DNA of 64,000 nt from NCBI GenBank assembly GCA_964016885.1, contig OZ024742.1:142290001-142354000 (forward strand). The letters are read 5' to 3'. Of the stretch, positions 30,280-42,039 are shown piece after piece (within the stretch, counting starts at the first letter, position 1; each line of letters starts with the position of its first letter). Source of the DNA: Eledone cirrhosa. Lineage: Eukaryota. A program made the position numbers and the translations under genes. The notes below the pieces were generated by a model. That model searched no databases. It saw nothing but the letters and a program-made list of their open reading frames with translations, and was not told the origin of the DNA.

Positions 30280-31200
30280 ATGTGCTGCCTGGTTGGGATT
30301 GGCTAAATGAACTGGCTTTGCTAAGTTGGCCTGGTAGAGCACACCCCTCCTAGCCAGCCAGGCTGGACAGGGCTTGCCAGCCTGGACTGGGTTATGTATC
30401 CAGGCATGGCTGTGCTTGATGTGCCTGGCTGGGCTGGCTGAATTGAGCTAAGCTGGTTAGGCTGGCAGCAAGTCTTGCTTTGTATCCAGCAAGCCTAGCT
30501 TAGCCACACAGACCAAGCCAGTTCAACCTTACTCAGCCAGCTTTACTCAGCTAGCCCAACCAGGCCAGCCTTTCTCAGCCCAGCCCAGGTCTGCCAAGCA
30601 GACTTTGCCAGCCTAGGCCAACTTAACCAGCCCTGCTATGCCAGCCTAGGCCTTCTTAACCAGCTCTGTCTGCTATACTAGACCAGGCCAACCCAACTCA
30701 GGCAACTCAACTAGCCTCACAAGAACAGCCCAGAGTAGCCCACCCAGTCAGCCAAACCAGGCCAGTTCATCCAAGTTAGAAAATCCTGGGTCGGCCAGCC
30801 AAACCAAGCCCAACACAACTAGTTAAGTTATACCAGCCCATCTAGCTTAGCTCAGCCAATCTGGTTAGACAATGCCACTCTAAACTGACCAGGTCAGCTT
30901 AGTCCAACAAGATCAATCAATCTCAGCCATCTAAGCCAGACCAGCTTGGCTCAACCAGTCTGAGCACATCAACTTAGCCATGCTATCTCAACTAGCTCGG
31001 CCAGGACAAACCAGACCAGCCTAGCCAGTTCAGTCAAACTTAGCTAGCTCAGCCAGCACAGTTAGCCTAGCTTAGCCATTCCAGCCTTCCCTTTCCCACA
31101 TCGACTCCAATCAGTTTACTCTTAGCCAGCCCCGCCAGTTTTGCCAAGCCATCTCAGTTACCCAAGCCTTGTCCAGCTCAGATGAGCGAGGTCAACTCAG
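30280..31200. repeat. Degenerate pentamer-periodic satellite (GCTGG/CCAGC, AGCT-rich)
   Basis: GC-rich island in an AT-rich intron built of CAGCC/CAGCT/TAGCC-like units; polarity flips near 30480. Confidence 0.65.
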
Positions 31201-31291
31201 TAAATATCCTAATTATAAATAATGATTGAAACAGTGTTCCTTCTATATTCTATCTTTAATGTAATTTTACTTTCATTTTGTCCCATTGTAG

Positions 31292-31555
31292 GAAATAACT
31301 GGCCCTGGTCGAAGTAATGGAGATCTTTGGGTAACTGACAATGCTGCTTATGTGAATTCCCACCAAGGACCTTGGCGGGTCTTCTACAAAATGTGGAATT
31401 GTGTTACCGGGACTCGAAATTACAGTGGCAGAAGTCAGCCAAGAGGTAACCAGCCAATGAACAGCGTGAGCCAGGTTGACAGAATATTTAGAGTTGCCTT
31501 TCCCATAACATTTCTTATTTTCAATATGGTCTACTGGATAGTATATTGGGTGTGA
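31292..31555 (+). CDS. Grd: Grd-type subunit terminal coding exon (end of M3-M4 loop plus M4)
   Basis: Polypyrimidine tract and tag|GAA acceptor, phase 0, in frame with ORF 31352-31555; NSVSQVDRIFRVAFPITFLIFNMVYWIVYWV-stop. Confidence 0.9.
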   Translation, partial: EITGPGRSNGDLWVTDNAAYVNSHQGPWRVFYKMWNCVTGTRNYSGRSQPRGNQPMNSVSQVDRIFRVAFPITFLIFNMVYWIVYWV

Positions 31556-31748
31556 GTCGTCGTAACAACACTTTATTTCACCTGATTATTATTATATATT
31601 ATTTCTTAATTATCTATTAAGTGATTTTTTAAATTCATTTATATATTCCTCCTTCTTTTATATTGGTTGATTTTATCCATTCTCCTCTATTGGTTAGCTG
31701 GTGTACTCTAATTTTACAAAGATTACTAGTGAAAACTTTCAGGAAGTC

Positions 31749-31823
<75 letters not shown>

Positions 31824-32719
31824 GGAATAAAACTGAAAATATATCGTTTATAATACACTTGTCCAAAAATATCCTCTCAATTTCATGAGGCGTCATTTCC
31901 GCCCAGCAGATTAGAAGAAATGTCTTGAAAAAAAATGGGTCTCAACTGCAGAGATTACATTGGATGCAAATTGGCTAAGCCATTAAAGCATATGACAAAA
32001 TACCTTGTGCATTCGTTATGATTCTCTATGACATGGTCAAATTTGTCTTTTGTTCGGAGTCAACAAAATAAAGTACTAATCTATGTGGTGGATGGGCAGA
32101 ATCATTAGAACATCGGATGAGATACCATGTGGTATTTGTTTCAACTATTTGCATTCTGAATTCAAATCCCACTGGGGTCTTCCACCTGGTCTTTGGATGT
32201 CTTTAGCAGCATCTATTCTGCTGTAAGCATTCAGGTATGTCTCCAGTTTGAGTATACCTTCCTTTTTCCCCTTTTCCCAGTTTCAGAGACCCTAAAAAGG
32301 GTCATGGGCACTGCCCTTCCCTTCCTAATTAAACAGTTAGAAAAACATTCAAAATAAAATCAACCTACTGAAAAGTCAGTAAATTAAAATGAAAGAATTG
32401 AGGGAATATATTTCATAGAAAGGTTATCCTTCTGGAGAAACTCAATTCTCTGATCCGTTGCAAATATCTATGTTGTCTCACACATACACTCACACAACAA
32501 GCACATACATGCACACATACACTCACACAACAAGCACATACATGCACACATAACGAGCAACATAATATTTTGATATTGTAAACAGATAATTTCAATCTTT
32601 ATCAAATTTCTATGAATAAGAAATTAAATTCTATTTTTAAACTGCGAAACGAGAAATCAACAATGGCTGATATATAACATATTATCCTTTAAAGATTTTT
32701 TCTTTTTATTCCTTAAATG

Positions 32720-33254
32720 CAGGGGTCAAGAACCTGCAACTCTGGGGCCGCATGCAGCTCTTTAACATATCTTGAGCGGCCCTTACATGTTCTGAGGAGT
32801 TATCGGATTTTTTTTTTCTGTTTTTTTTTAGATAAAAGACATGACTTTATAATTCGTAAAGCAATTTCAGATAAGACTTAATGCCAAAACTTACATTGAG
32901 TAATAAAAAAACAAGTTAGCTAAATTATAGTTTTCTTGTATGTATTTTCATTTATAATATATCATTTGACTCTGACAGTCTCAATTATTATTATCATCAA
33001 TAGACTGATGGGCAATATGCTTTGAGGCATATAGTTAGAGCCCTTTACATACTGAGTTCAAATTCCACCAAGGTTAGTTTTGCCTTTCATCCTTACAAGG
33101 TTGATAAAATAAAGTATTAGTAACGCACTAGAGTCAAAGTAATTGACTTTCCCCTTCCCTTCAAATTATTGGCCTTGTGCCAAAAATAGAAACTACTATT
33201 TTGTTTATTTTAACAAGAAATGGCTTTACAGATTGAAAAGGTTCTCAATCCCTG
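32720..33254. mobile_element. hAT/Charlie-like MITE with nested old SINE (33005-33198)
   Basis: Imperfect TIRs CAGGGGTCAAGAACCT / AGGTTCTCAATCCCTG, subterminal GGGCCGCATGC, degenerate 8-bp TSD cttaaatg / ctttagtg. Confidence 0.6.
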
Positions 33255-33749
33255 CTTTAGTGTATATATGCTAATGTATGCTTCGGTGTGCTTTTGAATT
33301 TCATATGTCTAGTTTTACCCGGTTATGTCCTTTTTTTAGGGACACCACTTTTTTAAAAGAAAAAGAAGCATTTTAACTTATCCAAGATCAAACTCATGAT
33401 TTTTGTTAAGCATTCATTCACAAAAATGGGCGCCATTTTTACTAAGCCTGCCTTTTTGTCTGCTATTTCTAAATATTATTAAAAAATCACTGGCTTAGTT
33501 CAGGTGTATTTAGATGCATTCTTTTCCATCCTTATAAATTCAGCAAGGAATCATTTCTACCCTGGTCAATCAGTTATATACGCCTGAACTGCCGTGTTGC
33601 GAGGTCAGCTATTTTTACAAATCTAAAATGGCAGACAAAAAGGGATGTTCAATAAAATTGAACAAGAACAGAAATAGATTATTCCATTTCAGTCCTTTGA
33701 GTATTGATGCAATGTGAATATTTCATTCACATTAGACAACCGTTATATT

Positions 33750-33870
<121 letters not shown>

Positions 33871-33950
33871 TATATTATGTATGTATATATGTGTGTATAT
33901 ATATATATATAAATGTATAAATATATACATATATATATATATATATATAT

Positions 33951-33988
<38 letters not shown>

Positions 33989-34126
33989 GTATATGTATAT
34001 GTGTGTATACATATATATATATTATGTATATGTATATATATATATATTATGCATATGTATATATTATGTATATGTGTATATATATATTATGTATATATGT
34101 GTGTATATTATATATATATATATATT

Positions 34127-36858
34127 ATGTGTGTGTGTTTTCATTTTGTCCTTAATTGTAAGTTGTGATGTTGCTATTCCATTCATGTTTTCTATTTAAT
34201 TTTGGTTGGAGTTCATTTATGTTTATTGCCTCTGTGATTTGTCTAAACATTGCATCTTTTCTGTGTGTAGATTCTATTTTTATTTCTATGTTCTCTAATT
34301 TGCCCTTTATGTTCTATTTTAGCATGTTGGTGGAGTACAGATGATTCTTTTCTATCTTGAAGTTCTCGCCAGTGTTCATTTAACCGTTCTCCTATACTAC
34401 GAGCTGTCTCACCTATGTACACTTTATTCTTATCTTCAGTACATCTTATGCTATATACTACATTTCTAGTTTTACAGTTAATATGGGGGGTTAGTTTACA
34501 GATTATACATTTCTTATCTATACAGGGAGGTCTTTGGAAAGGGTATGTATTGCTAATAAGTGTTTTTATGGAGGTACCAGGTCTTTCTACTATCTTAATA
34601 TTAAGTTTATGTTTATCTAGGGCCCTTCTAAATTTGTAAGCTAATTCACCTCTAGGGGTTGTATTGATGAACATTACACTCTGGTATTTATTGCTATCAT
34701 ACCATGAGTTTATTCTATTAACCTTATTCCTAGTTCTTTCTATTCTATTCCAAAATTTTCTCCTATACAAGGGACAGGTCCCATTTTTATCATTATTTAC
34801 CATTTTTTCCCATTTGGTTCTGGCTCCTCTATATACTCTGATTTTATCTCTCTGATTGTAACCAGAGAACTACATACGGTGGATGAAGTGTTGTATGTAT
34901 CTCTCTAGTTCTTTGGGGTTGCACATGCGGGACACGTTTCTCATCACTCGTACCAAATCCGCAATCAGTATGTTGATTTTGGTGTGAACCGAAACAGCTG
35001 AGTTTTGGTGGATCAGATATTTGGAAGTCATGGGTTTGGCATAATGGGAGTGGAGGATTTGTTTTTTTGGTTATTAATGGTTTCTAACCAGAGCTCTGTG
35101 TCTAGTACAGGTAATTGATGGTTGGGTGTTTGCTTGGGTAGTCTATAGTAACTCTAATACTCTGGTGGATGGAGTTAGCTATTTGCTGGATGCTTTCCAT
35201 GGTGTTTTTCTCTAATTCCTGACTGTTCTCTAGTGGGGTGTTTTTACTACGATGTTTATATCATCAACGTAGCGGGAGTACATTATCAGGGTTAAGAGGT
35301 TGCTGTCTTCTAATTGTTCTTTAAGTTTAAGTTTATTGTCCCACCATACCATGAATATGTTAGCTATGTCACCTTCAATGCTAACACCAATGGCTGCTCC
35401 CTCCTCTTGGGCATATGTTTTTCCATTAAATTTGAACATATGTTCCTTAAGGGTTAATTTTATCCTGGCCCCCACCGCATGTGCAATCATTTTCTTTAGT
35501 TCATCGTGGTTTTCAGGGGTCTGTATGGCTCTGATCCACCCGTTCCATCTTTCTGTGTGGGTTTTCTTGGCCATTGAGATAATGGTAGGTGGTCTGCCCC
35601 TTGCTGGTCTTGTAGGGCACAGGTTGCTAAGGTTGCTAAGGTTATATACTAAGGTTGCTAAGGTCATATGTCCCGCATGTGCAACACCAAAGAACTAGAG
35701 AGACACATAAAACACTTCATCCACCGTATGTAGTTCTCTGGTTACAATCAGAGAGATAAAATCAGAGTATATAGAGGAGCCAGAACCAAATAGGAAAAAA
35801 TGGTAAATAATGATACAAATGGGACCTGCCTCTTGTATAGGAGCAAATTGTGGAATAGAATAGAAAGAACTAGGAATAAGGTTAATAGAATAAACTCATG
35901 GAATGATAGCAATAAATACCAGAGTGTAATGTTCATCAATACAACCCCTAGAGGTGAATTAGCTTACACATTTAGAAGGGCCCTAGATAAACATAAACTT
36001 AATATTAAGATAGTAGAAAGACCAGGTACCTCCATAAAAACATTATTAGTAATACATACCCTTTCCAAAGACCTCCCTGTATAGATGAGAAATGTATAAT
36101 CTGTAAACTAAGCCCCCATATTAACTGTAAAACTAGAAATGTAGTATATAGCATAAGATGTACTGAAGGACAATGTAAAGATAAGAATATAGTGTACATA
36201 GGTGAGACAGCTCGTAGTATGGGAGATCAGTTAAATGAACACTGGCGAGAACTTCAATATAGAAAAGAATCATCTGTACTCCACCAACATGCTAAAATAG
36301 AACATAAGGACAAATTAGAGAACATAGAAATAAAAATAGAATCTACACACAGAAAAAACCCAATGTTTAGACAAATCACAGAGGCAATAAACATAAATGA
36401 ACTCCAACCAAAATTAAATAGAAAACATGAATGGAATAGCAACATCACAACTTACAATTAAGGAGAAAATTAAAACACACACACACATAGAACAAACAAC
36501 CAACCAGTAACATGTAAATAAACAAATAAATAAACAAATATAAACACACACAGACACCCGTATGTAACACATGCGCAAACTAAGCACACAACACACACAA
36601 AAACAAGACGGCGTAGGACAGAACAAAGGAGTGTCACAAAAACAAAGAAAAGAATCCCCAGTCACTGAAGAGGTCACAGAATGTGTGACGAAAGAACTTT
36701 GACAATATATGAACAACCGTCCGGTTATGGAACCAACCAACCAACCGGAAATTTATAAATTCTTAAATTTATAAATTTAATTTATAATAAATTGGAGTGA
36801 AAGCAACTGGTGCGTGTGTTTCTTATTGGCAACATGACCCTCCCAAAGCATAACAATA
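34127..36858 (-). mobile_element. Penelope-like element (third clade): RT/EN on - (34127-35667) joined to an inverted copy of its 3' part (35669-36858, +)
   Basis: GAAIGVSIEGDIANIFM, YSRYVDD, CIDKKCIIC, VVYSIRC...YIGETAR. 34127-34934 is the reverse complement of 35669-36490. Confidence 0.9.
36661..36703 (+). ncRNA. Minimal hammerhead motif in pLTR (extra G after A9)
   Basis: GUCA-CUGAAGA-G-GUCACA(GAAUG)UGUGAC-GAA-AGAACU-U-UGAC. Confidence 0.6.
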
Positions 36859-37035
36859 TATATAAATGTATATATATATATAAATGTATATATATATATA
36901 AATATATATATAAATGTTATATATATATATAAATGGTTATATATATATATATATATGTATATGTGTATATATATATGTATATGTGTATATATGTATATGT
37001 GTATAAATATATGTATATGTGTATATATATATATA

Positions 37036-37086
<51 letters not shown>

Positions 37087-37292
37087 GTATATATATGTAT
37101 ATATATATGTATATATATATGTATATATATATATATGGTATATATGTATATATATATGTATATATGTATATATATGTTTATTTATATGTATATATATATA
37201 TGTATATATATATATGTATATATATATGTATATATATACATATGTATATATATGTATATGTGTAGATATATATGTATATGTGTAGATATATA

Positions 37293-37325
<33 letters not shown>

Positions 37326-37448
37326 GTATATATATATACATATATATATATAAATTTATATATATATATACATATGTATATATATATACATATATATACA
37401 TATGTATATATATAAATATATACATATATATATATAAATATATACATA

Positions 37449-37482
<34 letters not shown>

Positions 37483-37527
37483 AATATATACAAATATATA
37501 TATATAAATATGTACATATATATATAC

Positions 37528-37572
<45 letters not shown>

Positions 37573-37736
37573 AATATATACATTTATATATTAAAATATA
37601 TATATATGTATATATATAAATATATATATATGTATATATATATATTTATATATATACATATATACATATATGTATATATATAAATATATATATATATGTA
37701 TATATATAAATATATATATATGGATATATATAAATA

Positions 37737-37794
<58 letters not shown>

Positions 37795-38072
37795 TATGCA
37801 TATATGTACATACATACATACATGCATACATACATACATACATACATACATACATACATACATACATACATACATACATACATACATACACACATACACA
37901 TGAAGATAAGTCAAATTAAATTTCGTTTGAATAGATCAAATGCACAAACAAATTCTGTACGGAAGATTACTTACAAAATATTTTTTCTCGAAGTATTCCT
38001 TGGACAACGTATCGTATGTATCCAGTTAAAAATGTTATGATACAATTTCCAAGGTGAAGATCATGGAGTATG

Positions 38073-38259
38073 TATAATAATATGTATGGTACCAGGAAAA
38101 ACAGGAAAAACTTAGTAGGAAGGAGTGGTCAGAGGTAAAGATTTATTCAGTGTTCAATCGTTAACATATTTTAAAGATTGAACACTCAATAAATTTTTCC
38201 TTCTGACCACTTTTTCCTGCTTAGTTCTTCCTGTTTTTCCTGGCACTATATTTATTATA
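38073..38259. repeat. Imperfect palindrome next to (TA)n
   Basis: CCAGGAAAAACAGGAA...AGTGTTCAATC / GATTGAACACT...TTCCTGTTTTTCCTGG. Confidence 0.7.
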
Positions 38260-38303
38260 TGTATATATATTTATATATTTATATATATATATATATATTT
38301 ATA

Positions 38304-38351
<48 letters not shown>

Positions 38352-38361
38352 TATATATATA

Positions 38362-38595
38362 TATTGTTATGCTTAGGGAGGGACATGTTGCCAATAAGAA
38401 ACACACGCACCAGTTGCTTTCACTTCAATTTATTATAAATTAAATTTATAAATTTAAGAATTTATAAATTTCCGGTTGGTTGGTTGGTTGGTTTCACAAC
38501 CAGACGATTGTTCATATATTGTCAAAGTTCTTTCGTCACACATTCTGTGACCTCTTTCTTATTGGCAACATGACCCTCCCAAAGCATAACAATAT
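38362..38595 (-). mobile_element. Mini-insertion of the 36668-36858 pLTR end with a ~39-bp inverted terminal copy
   Basis: 38362-38556 is the reverse complement of 36668-36858; 38557-38595 repeats TCTTATTGGCAACATGACCCTCCCAAAGCATAACAATAT. Confidence 0.88.
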
Positions 38596-38882
38596 CGGTT
38601 TCAGCACACGTTTTCAGATAAAGAATCTTGCTAAACAAATTCAGAAACGAAATATATATATTTACATTTATATATACATATATATATATATATGATGATG
38701 ATATAGGAAGGGTAAAAATTTAACTTTATTTGTGTGTAAAGAGCTATATGTAATGATTGATGGCAATGCCAAAACAATTGTCATTAAATGAGATAAGAAT
38801 CATATTCTACTTTTTCTTTGAGAAATGACAAAAAATATACATATATATATATGAAGTATAAATCAACAGTTTAATTTTAATC

Positions 38883-38941
38883 GCTGTTATATATATTTCG
38901 GTGATAACCGTTATGCAACAGTTATGACCTCGTCAGACAGC
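38883..38941 (-). ncRNA. Minimal type I hammerhead ribozyme motif
   Basis: GCUGU-CUGACGA-GGUCAUAACUGUU(GCAU)AACGGUUAUCACC-GAA-AUAUAUAU-A-ACAGC. Confidence 0.82.
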
Positions 38942-39061
38942 TAGAAGTTGAACAGAAAAATATATAGAATAAATAAAGCTTACTTCTATTATTTCAATTC
39001 ATTGATATGTTCCGGGTTGATATTTGGTGTTGCTCTCACAAAGCATTGGTAACATATGAGC

Positions 39062-39094
<33 letters not shown>

Positions 39095-39167
39095 ATTCTA
39101 TATATATATATATAGCTCATATGTTATATATATATAGCTCATATATATAGCTCATATATATAGAGAG

Positions 39168-39681
39168 AATAAGTAAAAGCGAAGTAGTTTCAGATGTTCA
39201 AGTCCTTTAATAATAATGCTGTGATATATATTTCAATGATGACACTGGCCACACTGTTCTGTGTGCGAGTGTCGTGACATCATCAGACAGCTTGTTACAT
39301 AATAAGGTTATGTTTCCGAGGCAATCCAAGTTGAATCCAAATTGGATTGCCTCGGAAACATAACCTTATTATGTAACAAGCTGTCTGATGATATCACAAC
39401 ACTCGCACACAGAACAGTGTGGCCATGTCGTCATTGAAATATATATCACAGCATTCGCCGAGGTTAACTTTGCCTTTCATCCTTACGGGGTCGATAAAAT
39501 AAAGTACCAGTAATGTACTGGGTAATTGCTGGCCTTGTGCCTAAAGTAGAAACAATTATTATTAAAGGACTTGAACATCTGAAACTACTTCACTTTTACT
39601 TATTCGATATTTACTCCGCCACTCCTATGTGGAAAAAGTACGATGAGTGTTTGAATTGAATTGCATCAATGTTTACCCTAA

Positions 39682-39682
<1 letters not shown>
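39168..39682. mobile_element. Family C fold-back element with HHRs at 39218-39291 (-) and 39380-39452 (+); right arm interrupted by a SINE A fragment (39456-39563)
   Basis: Inverted arms about ~39337; GCUGU-CUGAUGA...GAAAUAUAUAUC-ACAGC in both arms. Confidence 0.85.
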
Positions 39683-39754
<72 letters not shown>

Positions 39755-39755
<1 letters not shown>

Positions 39756-39826
39756 AATACACAAGTATCAAAGTTATGTTTAAAACATTTAAATGTTTTA
39801 AACATAACTTTGATACTTGTGTATTC
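39755..39826. repeat. Perfect spacerless palindrome (36-bp arms) heading a repeat also present inverted at 13468-13638
   Basis: Centre ACATTT|AAATGT. Downstream 39826-39975 matches the reverse complement of 13468-13638. Confidence 0.85.
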
Positions 39827-39966
39827 TATATAACTGCTCTGTAAAACAACTGATGTCCTTACATTGAGCTATTTCTCTTACTGGTAATAAGGTAGTAATA
39901 AATTACTGACCTAACCTGTTTATAGTTGTTTATAGTATAGTATATACATAACAATAAATAGTATCT

Positions 39967-40011
<45 letters not shown>

Positions 40012-40317
40012 TATATTATATTATATTATATTAGGGGAAGGTCATTTTGTTATAATATTGCCAGATAAATATAGTAAAACACACTCACTATTTTATATCA
40101 AAAACCTTGCAAAACAAATATATATATATGTGTTAGTGAAATTAGAGGATCGGCCGCGAGGTTGGGTGGTTTCAGCTAGTTACCTATTCTGAAGACATAA
40201 GTAACTCATTGTCAGTTCTATACTTTTACTAATATACCCACTCTGCTTCATACCATTTGTCGGGTATTGAGTGTGTCTCTGATTTGTGGTCTTACCATTC
40301 CTCACACACTAGATTAT

Positions 40318-40365
<48 letters not shown>

Positions 40366-40464
40366 GTTTACATATATATATATATAAAGTAATAAGTATA
40401 TATGTGTTTTGCAACGGGTCACTTTGTGGCTCAATGAAGAATTAATAAATTAAATAATCAGAGC

Positions 40465-40625
40465 TATATATCATAAAACATGTCTATAGAATCACCAGAT
40501 AAAATATATACGGTTTCCTCTCCCAATTAGCATAATTAACCATTGATTTTGTATATGGTTAATTATGCTAATTGGGAGAGGAAACGGTATATATTTTATC
40601 TGGTGATTCTATAGACATGTTTTAT

Positions 40626-40633
<8 letters not shown>
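40465..40633. repeat. Palindrome, ~79-bp arms, 11-nt spacer, next to (TA)n
   Basis: TCATAAAACATGTCTATAGAATCACCAGAT... / ...ATCTGGTGATTCTATAGACATGTTTTATGA. Confidence 0.85.
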
Positions 40634-40663
<30 letters not shown>

Positions 40664-42039
40664 TAAAGAGAGAGAGAGAGAGTAGAATGGTTGAGTTAAC
40701 ATACATGGTGGGTAACCAAGCTACACTGCTTCCAATTCAGTATTCAGAACTCAAATTCTGCTAAAAGTTTTTCTTGATTTTAATTTTTGCTGGAGTTAAT
40801 AAACAAAGTACTGTTCGAATATATTTGTTCTGCTCTTTACGTCTTGCGTTCACAATCCCACTGAGGCCAACTTTGCATTTCATCTTTCAAGGGTCAATAA
40901 AATTAAAGACTTGTCACATACTGGGGTTGATTTAATTAACTTTCCTCTCCCCTTAAAATTGCTGGCCTTGTGTCAAAATACAAACCATTATTAAAAATAT
41001 TATTAAGGGCGGTGGATTAGCAGTATCGGTAGAGGGTCGGACACCATGCTTTGCAGCAAAGAGTTACGGCCCTTTATGGTCTGAGTTCAAATCCCGCCGA
41101 GGTTAACTTTGCCTTTCATCCTTATGGGGTCAATAAAATAAAGTACCAGTAATACACTGGAATAATTGCTGGCCTTATGCCAAAGTAGATTATCTTAAAA
41201 TCTTCATGTGAAGGAAAAGAACTGGTCTGAAAGGGTAAACCTAGATGTTTAACAGTCAATTAATTGAAAGATTTGCCTCAGTTATTATAAAGATTCTTAT
41301 ATATGTGGTATGAGTGTGTGTCTGTCAGGCTGGAACAAAAGTTCTATCCAAAACCATCAAGCAGGATTTATTAAAGTTCTCTCTACAACTGAGAGAATTC
41401 AAGCATTAGAAAAGAAGTTTCCAATTTGACATGCAGCTGTCTAAGATCCCAGATTCAGCAAAATGCAGAAATGAGAACAGCGATGTCAAACTCCTTCTAA
41501 GAAATGAGAACAGTGATGTCAACTCCTTCAAAGAAAGATGGCTTTAGAAAGTGTAGCTAAAATGGTGGTACCCCAGCATGATCCCAGCTAGAGGCTTGAA
41601 CAAGTAAAAGAGTATATAAATATCTAATGACCCAGATAACAAGACTCAAACTTGGCCTTAACAAAGAAAAAATATCAATATATATATATAAATATAAAGT
41701 GGTAAAAAACCAGGAGGTTATATTTGTAGTAAGAAGAGCACTCAGTCCAGAAGACGAGTTTAGTATAGAGGTAGTTCCACAAAAACTTAGCAATAATTTG
41801 TTGTGAAACTAATTCTATATATATATGTGTATAATTAACAAAAATAGGAAGTAACTAAGTAACTCTATGGTTGTGTCAAATACATATAAACACACACATT
41901 GTATAAGTAAATTTATACACACATACATATATATACATACTCCCTTCCATTTACCTTCCATGTCCTAACACTCTGCCCCTCACACACACCCAAATACCCA
42001 CCTACCAAATCCCCACATACCTCTCCCACCAAAGTTCCC

